The position numbers were made by a program, and so were the translations under genes. This document shows, piece by piece, positions 39,988-53,078 of a DNA stretch of 64,000 nucleotides. The notes under the pieces are model-generated. The model worked only from the letters and a program-made list of their open reading frames with translations. It had not been told where the DNA came from and did no database searches. Numbering within the stretch: position 1 is the stretch's first letter; each line of letters opens with the position of its first letter. Source of the DNA: Octopus vulgaris (Eukaryota); assembly GCA_951406725.2 (NCBI GenBank), contig OX597826.1, positions 81,096,001 through 81,160,000 of the forward strand, written 5' to 3'.

Positions 39988-40803
39988 TACACATATATAT
40001 CTTGTAATATGTTTGTATGTGTATTCACACACACACGTGTGTGTAGCTACATATATATGTATATATATACACATGCACATACACATATTACTCACACACA
40101 TACGTATAATTTGTCAAGGAAAAATATGACACATTTAACAAGAACTTTCTAGAATAACTCAAATATCCCCGATCCAACTCTGCCCACGTCTCTCCTCCTC
40201 CCCCCCCTCCATGAAAAAAAAAATAAGGAGAAATGTAAATTATTTGCCAACTGTGGTGTTTTTGATTTTATGCTCTTAATCGTATAAAATCGAAGCCCAT
40301 CATTTGCCATATAAATTTACTGAATCGAGAGACGTAAGACCAAGGCCTACCAAAGAAATGAATATTTTATTTTGTAATTTTACGAAATATCAAAAAAAAA
40401 AAAACGAAAAAAAAAAATGAAGTTTCCCAGTTAACTCCCTTTATTGACCCTCTCACCTCATATTTCTTTCTTGTTTATTTTTTCTTTATATTCCACAAGT
40501 TCTTTCTTATGGAACATAAATAAGAATAATACTGGTTAAAAATGAAAATAGATGCTCTATTTTTTACAATTTCAGAGTATGTGCATTGTTTTAATCAACA
40601 TATATAAGTACATCTGGTGACTGGTGTCCCTCTATTTCTGTATTTCCATTATTACCAGAAAAAAGTTATTTTGCTTTGTGTTTTGTTTTTCTTTAAATAT
40701 TATAAACATGCATTTGTGTTGATGTGCACATGCACACAAACATACGCATATATATGCATGCACGCACATGTTCACACAATGGGTATGTTTACCTGTATGT
40801 GTG

Positions 40804-40837
<34 letters not shown>

Positions 40838-40891
40838 TATATACACACAATATATATACATATGTATATAATACATATATTATATTATATA

Positions 40892-40944
<53 letters not shown>

Positions 40945-41107
40945 GCTTTAATTTAATTATTTAAACAATTTTTTTAAAACCAAAACTATGGAAGTTAAAA
41001 AATTAAAAGCATACTTTAATGGTTAGTAGTACTAACCATTGATCTGTATTGATTTTTTATAACTTGCATTGTTTTGACTTAAAAACATATTTAAGACATA
41101 TATATAT

Positions 41108-41141
<34 letters not shown>

Positions 41142-41244
41142 TTATACATATATATATATATATATTTATACATATATATATATATATATTATATATATAT
41201 ATATATATATTTATACATATACATATATATATATATATATATTT

Positions 41245-41325
<81 letters not shown>

Positions 41326-43948
41326 ACTCTGAATTAATGCTTTCTAAGTTGCAATGGGAAATATTACTAGTTTTCACTCCTCATTGTCTTTGTAGGACAC
41401 TCACCCTTCACATCAACGCACATCTATCATAATACAAGACCTGACCCAACCAATTCTGACTAGAAACTCAGAAAAAAAAAGTGAAGAAGTTACTCTCTGC
41501 CCCTTACTGCTCCATGAAAAATCCTGACCATATTTTTGCATCATCAACAAACAATAATCCCGTCCCCAAAACCTTCCCAAAGAGAATTCTAATGAAAAAA
41601 TGGGGTGGGGGATATAGATTTGACTGGAAGATAAAGATTATAAGAAAAAGAACTTTTGACATAACTCAACGAAAGCAATTTGGCCAAAATTACAGAAGAA
41701 GGGAGCCATAGATGAATCTAATATGGTCCAGCCATCTTATATGACATGGGTTCAATCTCTGTATGAAGCCATTTCACTTCATTTGATTTCTTTTGATTTA
41801 ATTTCATTTGACAAATGACTTTTGAGAAAGGCATGATCCTCACAACGTATCCGTTTATTTTCTTGCTGTAAAATCTGTGTCACTGTGTGTCTCTAAGCAA
41901 AAGAAACACAGTCTGTAACATCCATGGGAGTTTATGCAGCTGCACTTGGTCCTCACTTCATTTGGTTCCTCATTTTGGATAACCATTGTTTGTAAAGGCA
42001 AAATAAACAATTCTGGAATGAGGAATTTTCTTGAAACAGCAACAACAACAAACAAAGCAGCAAAACTGACAACTTCATCCACATCAACACCATTGTATTT
42101 CTTTGTTCTATCTCTCTGTCTCGCACACTAATACGTGTGTGTGTGTGTGTAATAGGTACAAGCATGAGTGTGTAGTTAAGTGGTTTACTTCCCAACGATA
42201 TGGTTTTGAATTCAATCCCACAACATGGCATCCTGGTTTGTAGCCTCAAGTTCATCTATACTGTGTGAGTGGAATTTGATTGAAAGGAACCAATAAAACA
42301 CACACACACACACGCACATATGCAGACACACATACACACACACATATGTAAAGGAAAAAATGACTGAGAAGGATGACAAAAATTTTACAGAAAGAATGGA
42401 AAATATAAAACAAGGAATGCAAACCTGCTCTACCCCACATCAGTTGCCAAACAAGTATATATATATAGTGTGAGAGAGAGAGAGAGAGAGAGAGCTGTAC
42501 TGTTGTGGAGCACATCCTCAGTGGCAGGTGGTAAAACAGTCCCTAAATAGATATAAAAGTTACCTGTGAAGAATTCACCTTGATGGTTTATAAGGAGCCA
42601 CAGGTGAAGAATGACAACAGCATTTAGGGTTCAGCAATTCAAAAGAGACATTTGTTGGCTCTGTATAAAACATGAGAGTGGTGTGAGAAGATTGAGAAGA
42701 CGGGTGAAGGTCATCTTCAAATGAACCATTCTCCCATCATGTACTGGCTGGACAGGGACAGCTTGGAGGTGGCAGGGCTCAGCATCACCAAAGTCTTAGT
42801 ATAAAAGAATCTCTCTGCCCATCCCTCCCCCTTCTCTCTCTCTCTTTCAGTGTGTATATATATATATATATATATAATAGGTTTATAGAGGCGAATTGGC
42901 AGAGTTGTATGAGCAGAAGCTGGAATGGTTTGCAGTATTTAATCATTTAATCAGTCTGCATTTTCTGTTTAAATCTTGCCAAGGTCAACTTTGCCTTTTT
43001 GTCCTTTTCGGGGATGATCCAGGGGTGTTGGAACTGTTAAGACATTGTGCAGGATGCTCTTTGCTACCTGTTCCAGTTCCTTGCAATCTGACCCCCAATT
43101 CCTGCACTGACACTGATGTGAAGCTGTACTAGCCCTTACCTGACCTGTTCCCTTTGGACATCAGTGGTGTGGAGCTATATGACTTGGGCCAGTAAGAATA
43201 AGCATTGCCCTCCTTGAACCCATTTCAAGCACTGTCGACAGGATACAGATGCCTAACCCTTTCGTTACATCTCCTCTTATTCTCAAGATGATGCTCTCTA
43301 CTTTAATCTCCATTAACATTTTTTCCTTTTTTGTTCTCTCATATTAATTAAGAGAAAATTTTAAATAATTAACTGAAATCAACTGAAATTTATTTTATCA
43401 TATTAAGATTTTTGGTGTCATAAAAAAATGAAAAGTTGTTAAATTTATTAACTTATTAATGACCCAAAAAGACAAATGCCATGATATGAGAAAACTCAGC
43501 TTGTATTGAGCTCACTTCACGACTCAGTTTGAAATCCTCTGTGAAGCTGTTTTCATTTCACTTCATTTTGTTTCACAATTCTAATGTTGTTGTTGGGAAA
43601 AGCATGAATGTTATAACATCCCTTTTACACCTTTCATCCTTTGTAAATCTGTGCTCTTTTGCCGATGCAAGAAACTGATTAAATTTCAAAAAACCAAAAA
43701 TAGTGTTGTCCTGTTTTCTACAAAACCAGAAAACAACTTTGGTTTCATCAGAAATTTTTTTCTCCTTTGTATAAGTGTTTATGTATTTCTGAGTGTGTAC
43801 ATATATATATACACACAAACACACACATACATATATACGCACACACACACACATATTTGTGTGTATGCGCATATATCTGTATGTGTATATAAATATATGT
43901 TATACACACCAGTAACTATACGTACAAATATAAATACCTCCTTGTAAA

Positions 43949-44008
<60 letters not shown>

Positions 44009-44662
44009 CATTTCTTATTCTGTGATTCCTTTCACTTTTCTCCATATAATATTTAACTTTTTTTAAAAAACAAACCTTTTTCTTTTCATTGTGATACTAG
44101 AAATACCAAGAATGGCATGAGAACTCAATCCGGTTTTGTTAATAGCATTATTGCACACAAATTAAACCATATTTATTTTGTTGAGTGAGATGAACCACAG
44201 CCTATGTGTGCATGCGAGTGATGACTGATGTAAAATGTTTCCCCATTAAAATCTGCAGTTTTGAAAATACCTCTTTTCATTGTCTTAGATGCTGGTTTCA
44301 AATCCCAGTAGAAACATAAAAAATCTTTTGTCTTTCTCTATTTTGGATTTGAAAATATAAATTCCAATAATATATCAAGGTTTGATTCAAGCAGCTGTTC
44401 CTACTTTTAAAGATGGGGTGGGATTGAGAGGTGGAAACGGTATAAAATATTTCTTCCTTGGAGGAATTATTTTTGAAAATTTCTGTTTTATCTTTCTTAA
44501 ATCTTAATTCCAATATATACCTGACACTCTCTTATATTTTCTGGTTCAATAAAACAAGCACCAGCATGCACACACACATGTATATACATGTGTATATGCA
44601 CATGCATGTATATGTGTGTGTATATATATGCATATATACATCTGCTTACAAATATATATGTG

Positions 44663-44694
<32 letters not shown>

Positions 44695-44695
44695 T

Positions 44696-44994
44696 GATAG
44701 AAATGGCAAGATAACAAAAGAATGAAAGAGACCTCAATATTATGTAAGTAGAGGAATTTATCTGTAAATGTAATATGTGACAATTATTCAGTAGCCGTGA
44801 TAAAACTCCGAGTTTCGGATGTCGGGGCAGAAACCTACACTGCCATCTCTTCAGTTATCGACCTATCGAAAAAAAATGCTATTTTTATCGATGGCCCAAT
44901 AACTGAAGAGATGCTGGTGTGGGTTTCCGCCCTGACATCCAAAACTCAGTTTTATCATGGCTACCGAATAATTGTCACATATTACATTTACAGA

Positions 44995-44996
<2 letters not shown>
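44696..44996. mobile_element. Foldback element, family C, with a hammerhead in each arm
   Basis: Arms about 44759-44858 and 44899-44996 are inverted repeats, and the element is embedded in (TA)n. The minus copy at 44799-44859 reads GAUAA-CUGAAGA-GAUG...CAUC-c-GAA-ACUCGGAGU-U^UUAUC. The plus copy (CTGAAGA at 44903) has G12 mutated to A. Confidence 0.78.
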
Positions 44997-45071
<75 letters not shown>

Positions 45072-45139
45072 AATCATCTAAGAATCCATGTCAAAAAAAT
45101 AGGCACCTATATATTTGTCAATAGAGTAGGTATATCAAT

Positions 45140-45346
45140 CAAAATATACAGAATTATAGATCCATTTCAGCCGATCTTGCCAATCACTTTGACACTGAGT
45201 ATTAGATAACGGGATGTTAGATTACCACACAGTTTATGTATGCTCTGAAGAGCATGTGGCATTAATTAATATGCTGTTATCTAATACCAGTGTGAAACCA
45301 ATCGGGACGATTGGTTGAAATGGATTTATAGTATTGTATACTTTGA
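45140..45346. mobile_element. Degenerate foldback element with hammerhead-like remnant
   Basis: Imperfect inverted arms (caaaatatacagaattatagatccatttcagccgat.../...attggttgaaatggatttatagtattgtatactttg). CTGAAGA at 45245 and GAAAC at 45294; stems are poorly preserved. Confidence 0.5.
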
Positions 45347-46636
45347 TATTGGTACATATATATATATTATATATATATATATATATACATACATATATGT
45401 GTATGTATGTATGTATGTATATGCTGGTTGTAAAATAAACATTTCAGAACCGTAATAGATTGATTTGCTATGACAAAGAGTTAAAGTTTCTATCATATCA
45501 AATTGTATCTCTTAGTTAGAAGGTATTGTTTGGAACCCAAGGAATTTCACTCTTCTTCACAGCAAACCAATTAATTCCACTTTTGAACTTTTTTGGGTTA
45601 GTTACTGACACCAGCCACCGTTAATTTCCTTGGATTCTGCTCTTTATTTTATTGCATACATTACTGTTGAGTCAATCAGTTACACCCAACCTATCCAAAA
45701 AAAAACAACTTTTTGGTCATTTTACTGGAATTCAGTTTAAATTATTTCTTTAATATTTACATATAGTGAGGGTGTTTGATCAACAGAATTTATACAATAT
45801 TGGGACAAAATGCCTTGCAGTATTTAGTTGTTTCATAATGTTTTGATTTTGTATCCTGCCAAGGTAGACTTTGCCATCTTTTGTCCATTTGGTAATAAAA
45901 TACCAGTCATGTACTAGGAGAGGTGAGGATATAATAGATTTTTACCCCACCCTCTAAAATGTGTGGCCTTTTGTATGCCTGTCTTAGAATACAACATTAA
46001 CCCCAAGTCAGCTTTGTTTTCATGTATATATTGGTTGTTTCACTCCTTAAATGGTTAACAAACAAATATGATATATTTAGTGATAAAACAATCATCTGAC
46101 AGAATAATAATTTTTTCCTTTTAATGAGTAAAAGGTGAGAATTATATTGCTGTCCACTCTCAAAATATGCCTGTAATTAACCCATATTTCAATTTTTTTT
46201 TCACCAGATTTTCACATTAACACAAATTTTCCCTCCATGTTGGTTGCTACAACGATGTAACCGATATATATATATATATTATACATGTAATATAATATAT
46301 ATATACATATATACACATACACACATGCATATATGTGGATGTGTCTATATGTATGTGTGTGTGTATCAAGAAAAATTTTTGTCATTTTATTTTTTACTAA
46401 CATTATGGGTTGTATTTTTTGCTTGCTTTCACTTCAGTTTAACCATATATGGTTATTAGAGATTGATTATATCTCTCCCTCCCCTTCTATCTCTCGCACA
46501 CACTCACACACCAAATGCTCTTCAATGTCACCAAAATATTTTTCTTGATTTTTTTTTTACAGTTTTATTTCTCTTTCCAAATACTTTTTATCATTATAAT
46601 GAACCTATCGAACAATTAGTTTTTTGCTAGTCATTT

Positions 46637-46684
<48 letters not shown>

Positions 46685-47477
46685 CAAAATTTTCTGTTTC
46701 CTATTTGGAGGAATGCATGAAAATAAATTTTAAAAGATAATATCAAAAATCCACTGCCGTAGTCTTTGTAAAGCACCAAAGTTTTGACCTTCTTCACAAT
46801 GTTCTGTGTTAAATTTATCAGAAGTAAGCTTGCAACAAATTGAATGTGTTGCAGTTTCAATTCCCAGATAGTGTGCCTGTCACTATTATCCCCAAAATAT
46901 AACTGGTATCAACATTGTACAATTTCATTTCTCTTTTCTCCTGTCTTGTTTGTGCCTATGTAACAAATTTTTTGATGAGTAATGTTGGCTAAAACCTCCG
47001 TACCCATCAGCCTGACCCTTCAGTCTAGGTTCAGTTCCTAGTTTCAGCCACTTCTTATAATACACCTCAAACAAACAAAAGAATCCTGCATGAATTCTAT
47101 TTAGTCTCATTTCCATCTGTGTTCTCTCTGAATATAGGAGTCTTGGACCTGTGTTGTAAAACCTTCTTCTAGGCTTGTAATGAGTAATTGTATGATAAAA
47201 GGAATTCTTCTTTTACCAAACTGTGTCAGTAAACCTGGTTTCGATCCCTGAGCAGAAGTGTTTCCCTCCAAATAATCCTTCAAAATGTGAGGAGTTTGGT
47301 CCTTGTTATTTCTGCCTTTTTTCTTAAGATTTTGTAATCGTGTTAGAAAAATATTTTAGGTATTTAGCAAGAATAAACTGAAAGTTTAATCCAGTTTTTT
47401 TTATTAGTCCTCAAGCCATGGGGCCATTTGACACACTGTTTCTTTTCCCTACACACACACATATATATATATACATA

Positions 47478-47704
47478 TAAATCGTCTGTAAAAACATAAA
47501 TTCGAAAAAGAAACACACTCTAAGTTATAGAGCAGTGTGTATTAAAGTTAGATAAGGCTAGTTTATGGGATTACCTTAGGTTCCACATCCATAAAGGGCC
47601 TGGCTTTGTTTGGAATCTGATGATACGCCATAAAGCCAGACCCTTTATGGACGTGGAACCTAAAGTAATCCCATAAACTGGCCTTATCTAACTTTAATAC
47701 ACAC
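47478..47704. mobile_element. Foldback element, family D, with hammerhead-like motif
   Basis: Arms 47535-47607 and 47632-47704. The + strand at 47611-47673 reads UGGAAU-CUGAUGA-u-ACGCCAUAAAG...CUUUAUGGaCGU-GGA-ACCUAA(A/G)GU-A^AUCCCA; the core has GGAA instead of GAAA. Confidence 0.68.
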
Positions 47705-48774
47705 ACACACACATACACACACACATGCACATAAATATCATTGTCGTTATTGAGCATCTGTTTCCCATGCTGGCATGAGATGGACGGTTCAAGTCAGACT
47801 GCACCAATCTCTGCTTTGGCCTGGTCCCTATGGCTGGATGCCCTTCCTAACATCACCCAATCTACACACTCTATGAATATCACAAACACACACTTTCCCT
47901 TTTTGCTCTCTATCTTTGTAACTTCTCTATTTTTCTTTTATCATTTTTTTATCCTTCTCTCTCACTTTGCACATTCTTTTACTCTCTTCTCCTCTCTCTT
48001 ACTCTCCCATCACTTTTCCATACTCCGCTTCTCTCTCCTCGTCTCTTCCCCTCTCACCTACAGAACCTTGCCTTTATTAATCACATCCCTAACAACACAA
48101 AGCATTCTGTGTCCCTTTTTATCTGCTTTTATATCTTGGTCTGAATAAACGACTGCATTAACCTTCTCTGTCCTTCTCCACTCTTTGTAGGAAGAAGTGA
48201 TCGCTATATTCATTGTTTGTACTTCCAGCTTTAACTTCAATAGTTTCGTTAGTTTTCAATTAATGTAGAAAATGCTATGAAGAATCCAAAATACTTGCTA
48301 AGCAATTTCCCAATCTCCCCTGAAGATACTTAAAACAACAGAATGCATTTACAAGTGTTTTATAATGTTTAGCTTTTGTCCCTCCCTACATTCTCTGTTC
48401 AAATCTTTCCAGGGTTGACTTTTACTTTCAGCACCTCCCAGGTCAGCAAAGTAAGCACCTTTTACATATATCATGGTCAAGTTTATTGACCACACTGCTC
48501 ACATTAGAAACCACTGCTATTGTGGCCCTAGATTTTGTTTCTTACCAAGGTTCCATTCCACATTTCAAAAACACCCACCAAGACCATCTTTGCCTTTTGT
48601 TTTTCTGGAGTCAATAAAGTATAATACCAGTAAATAACTATTACCGTTGATTTTTATTGCACCCTTTTATGGTTCCACTAAGTGCCACCCTGGGTACCTT
48701 ATGCAAAGCTTTCTCTTCTATTCTGTTGAAATAATGATTCTACTTCGTGTGTGCAATGTCTTATAATACAGGAA

Positions 48775-49172
48775 TTAACCTAATACTTGCTGTCTATGGT
48801 TGTTCATTTAATCCCTGCTGGATTATCCCTTGATAATCTCACACCTGCTGCTTATGCCATCATTTACATTCGTTAACCTAACTCTTGCTTCTTATAGCTA
48901 TTAATTTAACACTTGCTGTATATGGCTGTTAGGACTGCCATTTATGGTTGTTAACTTAACAATTACTCTATATAATTGTTTACCTAATACCCATCTTTTT
49001 ATGGCTATTAACACCTACTGTTTATGGTTGTTAACACCTGTTGTTTATACCTGTCAATCTAACAACTGCTGTTTATAGTTGCTAACTTAATACCTGCTGT
49101 TTATGGCTGTTAAACTAACACCTGTTTATAACCATTAACATTATGCCTGTTGTTTTTAGATGTTAACTTAAT
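48775..49172. repeat. Degenerate ~28-bp minisatellite, roughly 13-14 units
   Basis: Recurring TTAACTTAACACCTGCTGTTTATGGTTG-like units with no unique spacers. Confidence 0.75.
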
Positions 49173-49339
49173 GCCTTTTTTCCCCTTTTCCCTTGATAAC
49201 TCCACGCTTGCAGTTTATTGCTGTTAACAACTGCTGCCTTTCGATATTCTTCTAGTTTCTTTGGCTGTTACCAAAAATTGCATCTGCAAATTTTCAAAAT
49301 ATAAGTATCTGTTGCCACCTCTTTCTGACATCTTTTTCT

Positions 49340-49720
49340 TTCTATATTTAAGAGATGAGGAATTATGTACATTATTTACATTTGATGGATATTTGTCCTC
49401 ATCTTGTTTGTTGTTAACACAACGCTTCAGCTGGTATACCCTCCAGCCTTCATCAGGTATCTTGAGGAAATTTCGAACTTGGGTTCTCATTCCTAAGGTA
49501 TGGCGTAGTGGTTATGAGCACGGGCTACTAACCCCAAGATTCCGAATTCGATTCCAGGCAGTGACCTGAACAATAACAACAACAACAATATCGAAAAATA
49601 CCTTAGGAATGAGAACCCAGGTTCCAAGACACCTGATGAAGGCTGGAGGGTATATCAGCCGAAATGTTGTGTTAACAACAAACAAGATGAGGACAAATAT
49701 CCATCAAATGTAAATAATGT
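49340..49720. mobile_element. Second family A foldback element (tRNA-like head + hammerhead) with target-site duplication
   Basis: The inverted arm 49340-49500 is joined directly to the tRNA-like head TGGCGTAGTGG at 49501. Hammerhead copies lie at 49628-49673 (+) and 49416-49461 (-). Flanked by the direct repeat ATCTTTTTCTTT (49330-49341 and 49721-49732). Confidence 0.82.
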
Positions 49721-51050
49721 ATCTTTTTCTTTTGAGTTCTTTTTTTTTTTTTTTTTTGCTTTCCTTCAGCATATCACAATCTCCAAATATTTACACACCA
49801 AAATTGTCCATTGTCACTTTGGTCACCAAGCTGCAAAAGTCCATTGTAGCTTATGCAATATATTATTATTATTATTATTATTAAGGATATGTGCTGGCAG
49901 AATCGTTGTACACTGGATAAAAAGCCTACCAGCATTTCATTTGTCTCTATGTTCTATGTTCAAATACCACTGAGGTCAGCTTTGCCTTTCATCCTTTCAA
50001 TCAAGTACTGGGGTCAATGATATTGACTTACCACTTACCCTAAAATTGCTGGCCTTGTGCCAAAATTTGAAACCATTATTGTTATTATTAAGGCGGTGAG
50101 CTGGCAGAATTGTTAGCACACCAGGCAAAATGCATTGTGACATTTCATCCGACTTTGTGTTCAGAGTTCAAATTCTGCCGAGTTTGACTTGGTTTTTCAT
50201 CCTTTCGCAGTCAATGGAACAAGTACCAGCTTCATACTGGGGTTGATGTAATTGTCTACCCCCTCTCCCAAAATTTCAGGCCTTGTGCCTGTAGCTGAAA
50301 GGCTTGTTATTATTAATATTAAGCAAGCTGGCAGAAGCATTAGCATGCTGGACAAAATGCTTAGTGGTATTTCACCTGTCGCTATGTTCTGAGTTCAAAT
50401 TCCACCTAGGTCAACTTTACCTTTCATCCTTTCTGAGTTGATAAATTAAGCACCAATGAAACACTGGGGGTTGATGTTATCAGCTATTCCCCTCCCCACG
50501 CATCTCAGGCCTTGTGCCTATAGTAGAAAAGATTACTACTACTACCATTATTAGCGGTACCATTATGCTGAGGGCTGAGTCCTTCTGGATTCAACTGTAC
50601 CACATTCCTGTCAGCGATGTTTGTCAAATTCCCCTCTTGGCCTTCCCTCAACCCATTAATAAAGTTTCATTTTGTAATTAATTAAACCAATAGATTCTTT
50701 GTATTGCATAAATCTGTCAGCTGTCCTGCATTTGGTGAAGAGTCGGCCACTTTGTGTTAATGGGCTTTTTTCAGTTTGGCCTTTTCCGGGTTTTTTTTTT
50801 TTTCTTCTTTTGCTAGAATTAGATATTGCAAGTGAGAGTTTTCAACAGATTCTTCATACTTAAAACACAAAACCAAAATCCTGCAAATATTCACTCAAAA
50901 AAAAAGAAAAGAAAAGAAAAATGAACAAAACAAGCAGAACATCTCCAAAGAACATTACTGGATATTTGTAATATTTAAAATATAAAATAATTTCAAAGAT
51001 GGTGGTCTCTTTTTTTCCTTTATTTATGATTTATTTATCATCATTATTAA

Positions 51051-51081
<31 letters not shown>

Positions 51082-52994
51082 TTTGTTATGTTATACTTTG
51101 GAATAAAATTTCAATTTTTTTAATTCACAGAAAAATTTATTTATTTTTATTTTTCCTTCTGTTTTCCTTATATTTATCTCTGTTATGTTGTAACGTCTTT
51201 CATTTTTTTTTTATAGTTTCTGAGAATTTTTCAATAATTTTTATTTAATAAATTTAAGTTTACTACTTTTCCTTATAAATGGCAAAAACTGTACATCGTC
51301 ACTCAGTCAGGTAGAAATAGCAGCCAAATCTCTCTCAGATTACACTCCATGGTTTTTATAAAACAGAAAATAACAAACATTGGATAAATTAATTTTTGAT
51401 AAATTATGGCTGAATAAAAGAATGGATGGTCATGGTTGGAGCATCTTTCTTCAGAGGTTTGTTCAGTCAGGTCTGATCTGGAACTAAACAATTATGATTG
51501 CTATGGATACTCGTTTATAAAAGGCATATGAATACATATCGATGCATGTACACACATACGACTGGTGGTGCCAGGTAGATATGGCACCCAATATACACTC
51601 TGTGAAGTGGTTGACGTTAGGAAGAAGGGCATCCAGCCATAGAAACCCTGCCAAAGCACAATGCCGACCTGCAGGATCCTGTCAAACCACCCAATCCATG
51701 CCAACATGGAACACGGATGTTGATGATGATGATGATGATGATAATGATACTTGCATAACACAGTAGCTCACACACACACACATCCATGCTAATACATACT
51801 GATACATATCATGCAAGCTCATGCTTAAACCTCTCTCTCTCTTTCTCTCTTGTTTACTGACCTACATGCACATACTGAGGAAATTATCCGATAAACAGGG
51901 GGGGCCATTCTCTCCACTCTCCTCCATCTTGCAGTAAATTTATGAACCAACAGCACCTACCGCTCTGTTTCTCTCCAAATGGAACAATAACGACTATTCC
52001 ACTGCCTAAAAAATAATAATAATAATAGTAATTTTTACTTATAATTAAGATAAGATAAAACTATCCTTTTTGTCTTCTTCACCTCATTATCATCATCATC
52101 ATCATCATTATTATTATTGCAATCATTATCCAAACTTAGGAAAGATTAACAAAGCGGACATGCAATTTAGACTATTTCACTAATTATGCCAAAGATTATA
52201 AGAGGAGAACTGTCCTTCACATTCTTTTGAAATTTGTCTTTTTTTTTTTAATAATTTATTGAGAAACAAGTTTTGAAAGAATGAAATTGTAATGTTTTTA
52301 AAGAAAATTAATTGAATATTTTACCTTTCATCTCCAATTGTCATCAAGTATCTTAATAATGTGTACAGGTGGATCAATTTCATTTCGATCATCAGGTATC
52401 TTATTTCTGGATGTGCACTGGTGGACTACTTTCATTTCCAATTGTCATCAGGTGTCTTATTCCTAGATGTAGGTGAAATGGCAAATTTGGTAGGGCAAAA
52501 TATCTTTGTGGTGTTTGGGTAACTTACTATATATTCTAAAGTGAAATTCCTGCCAACTCAACTTTTCCGATCTTCCTCCTAAAATTCAAAATAAATTGAA
52601 TACCAAACAAAGTATTGTAGTTGATATAATTGACTAAACCCTGGAGGGCAGTACTCCAGCATGGACACAATCCTTTGACTGAAACCAGTAAAAGAATAAA
52701 AGAAAGTACCAGCCTGGAATCAACCTAGAAACCATTATTTCTGAACTAAGAATAATAAAATTCTTAACTTTGTGGCCAATGGTGCATAAATCATTTTTGA
52801 ATCTTGTATTTTAATCAATGATGTAAGTAATTAACAAAAATGATAATCTTCCTAACACCACAGATACGTTGATGCTCGTTAGTCAAGTGCTTTCTTAATT
52901 TAAGTGGTTGATGTAACCAAAACAATAAAGTGTTTGGATCCACTGAATATATTTGCCACCAAAGTTTTGTCTTTCTTTGTTCTGAGCTGAGATT

Positions 52995-53078
52995 TCAATG
53001 GAACTTGACTTTCGACACCAATAACACCACCACACCTGAGATCAATAGAAGAAATACCAGTAATATATTGACCCTTCT
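52995..53078 (-). CDS. Putative terminal exon encoding a C-terminal transmembrane helix
   Basis: Acceptor tcttttgcag|AGA (phase 0). Encodes RRVNILLVFLLLISGVVVLLVSKVKFH-TGA: about 20 hydrophobic residues flanked by basic residues. Confidence 0.62.
   Translation of the reverse strand, partial: RRVNILLVFLLLISGVVVLLVSKVKFH

Noticed and set aside
46700-47400. Minus-strand coding-looking stretch with CYIG (possible GIY-YIG remnant)
   Set aside because: Many stops and no other Penelope endonuclease or RT motifs; too degenerate to assign.
48775-49172. 28-bp periodic repeat resembling a CRISPR array
   Set aside because: Units are contiguous and degenerate with no unique spacers; eukaryotic context and no cas genes.
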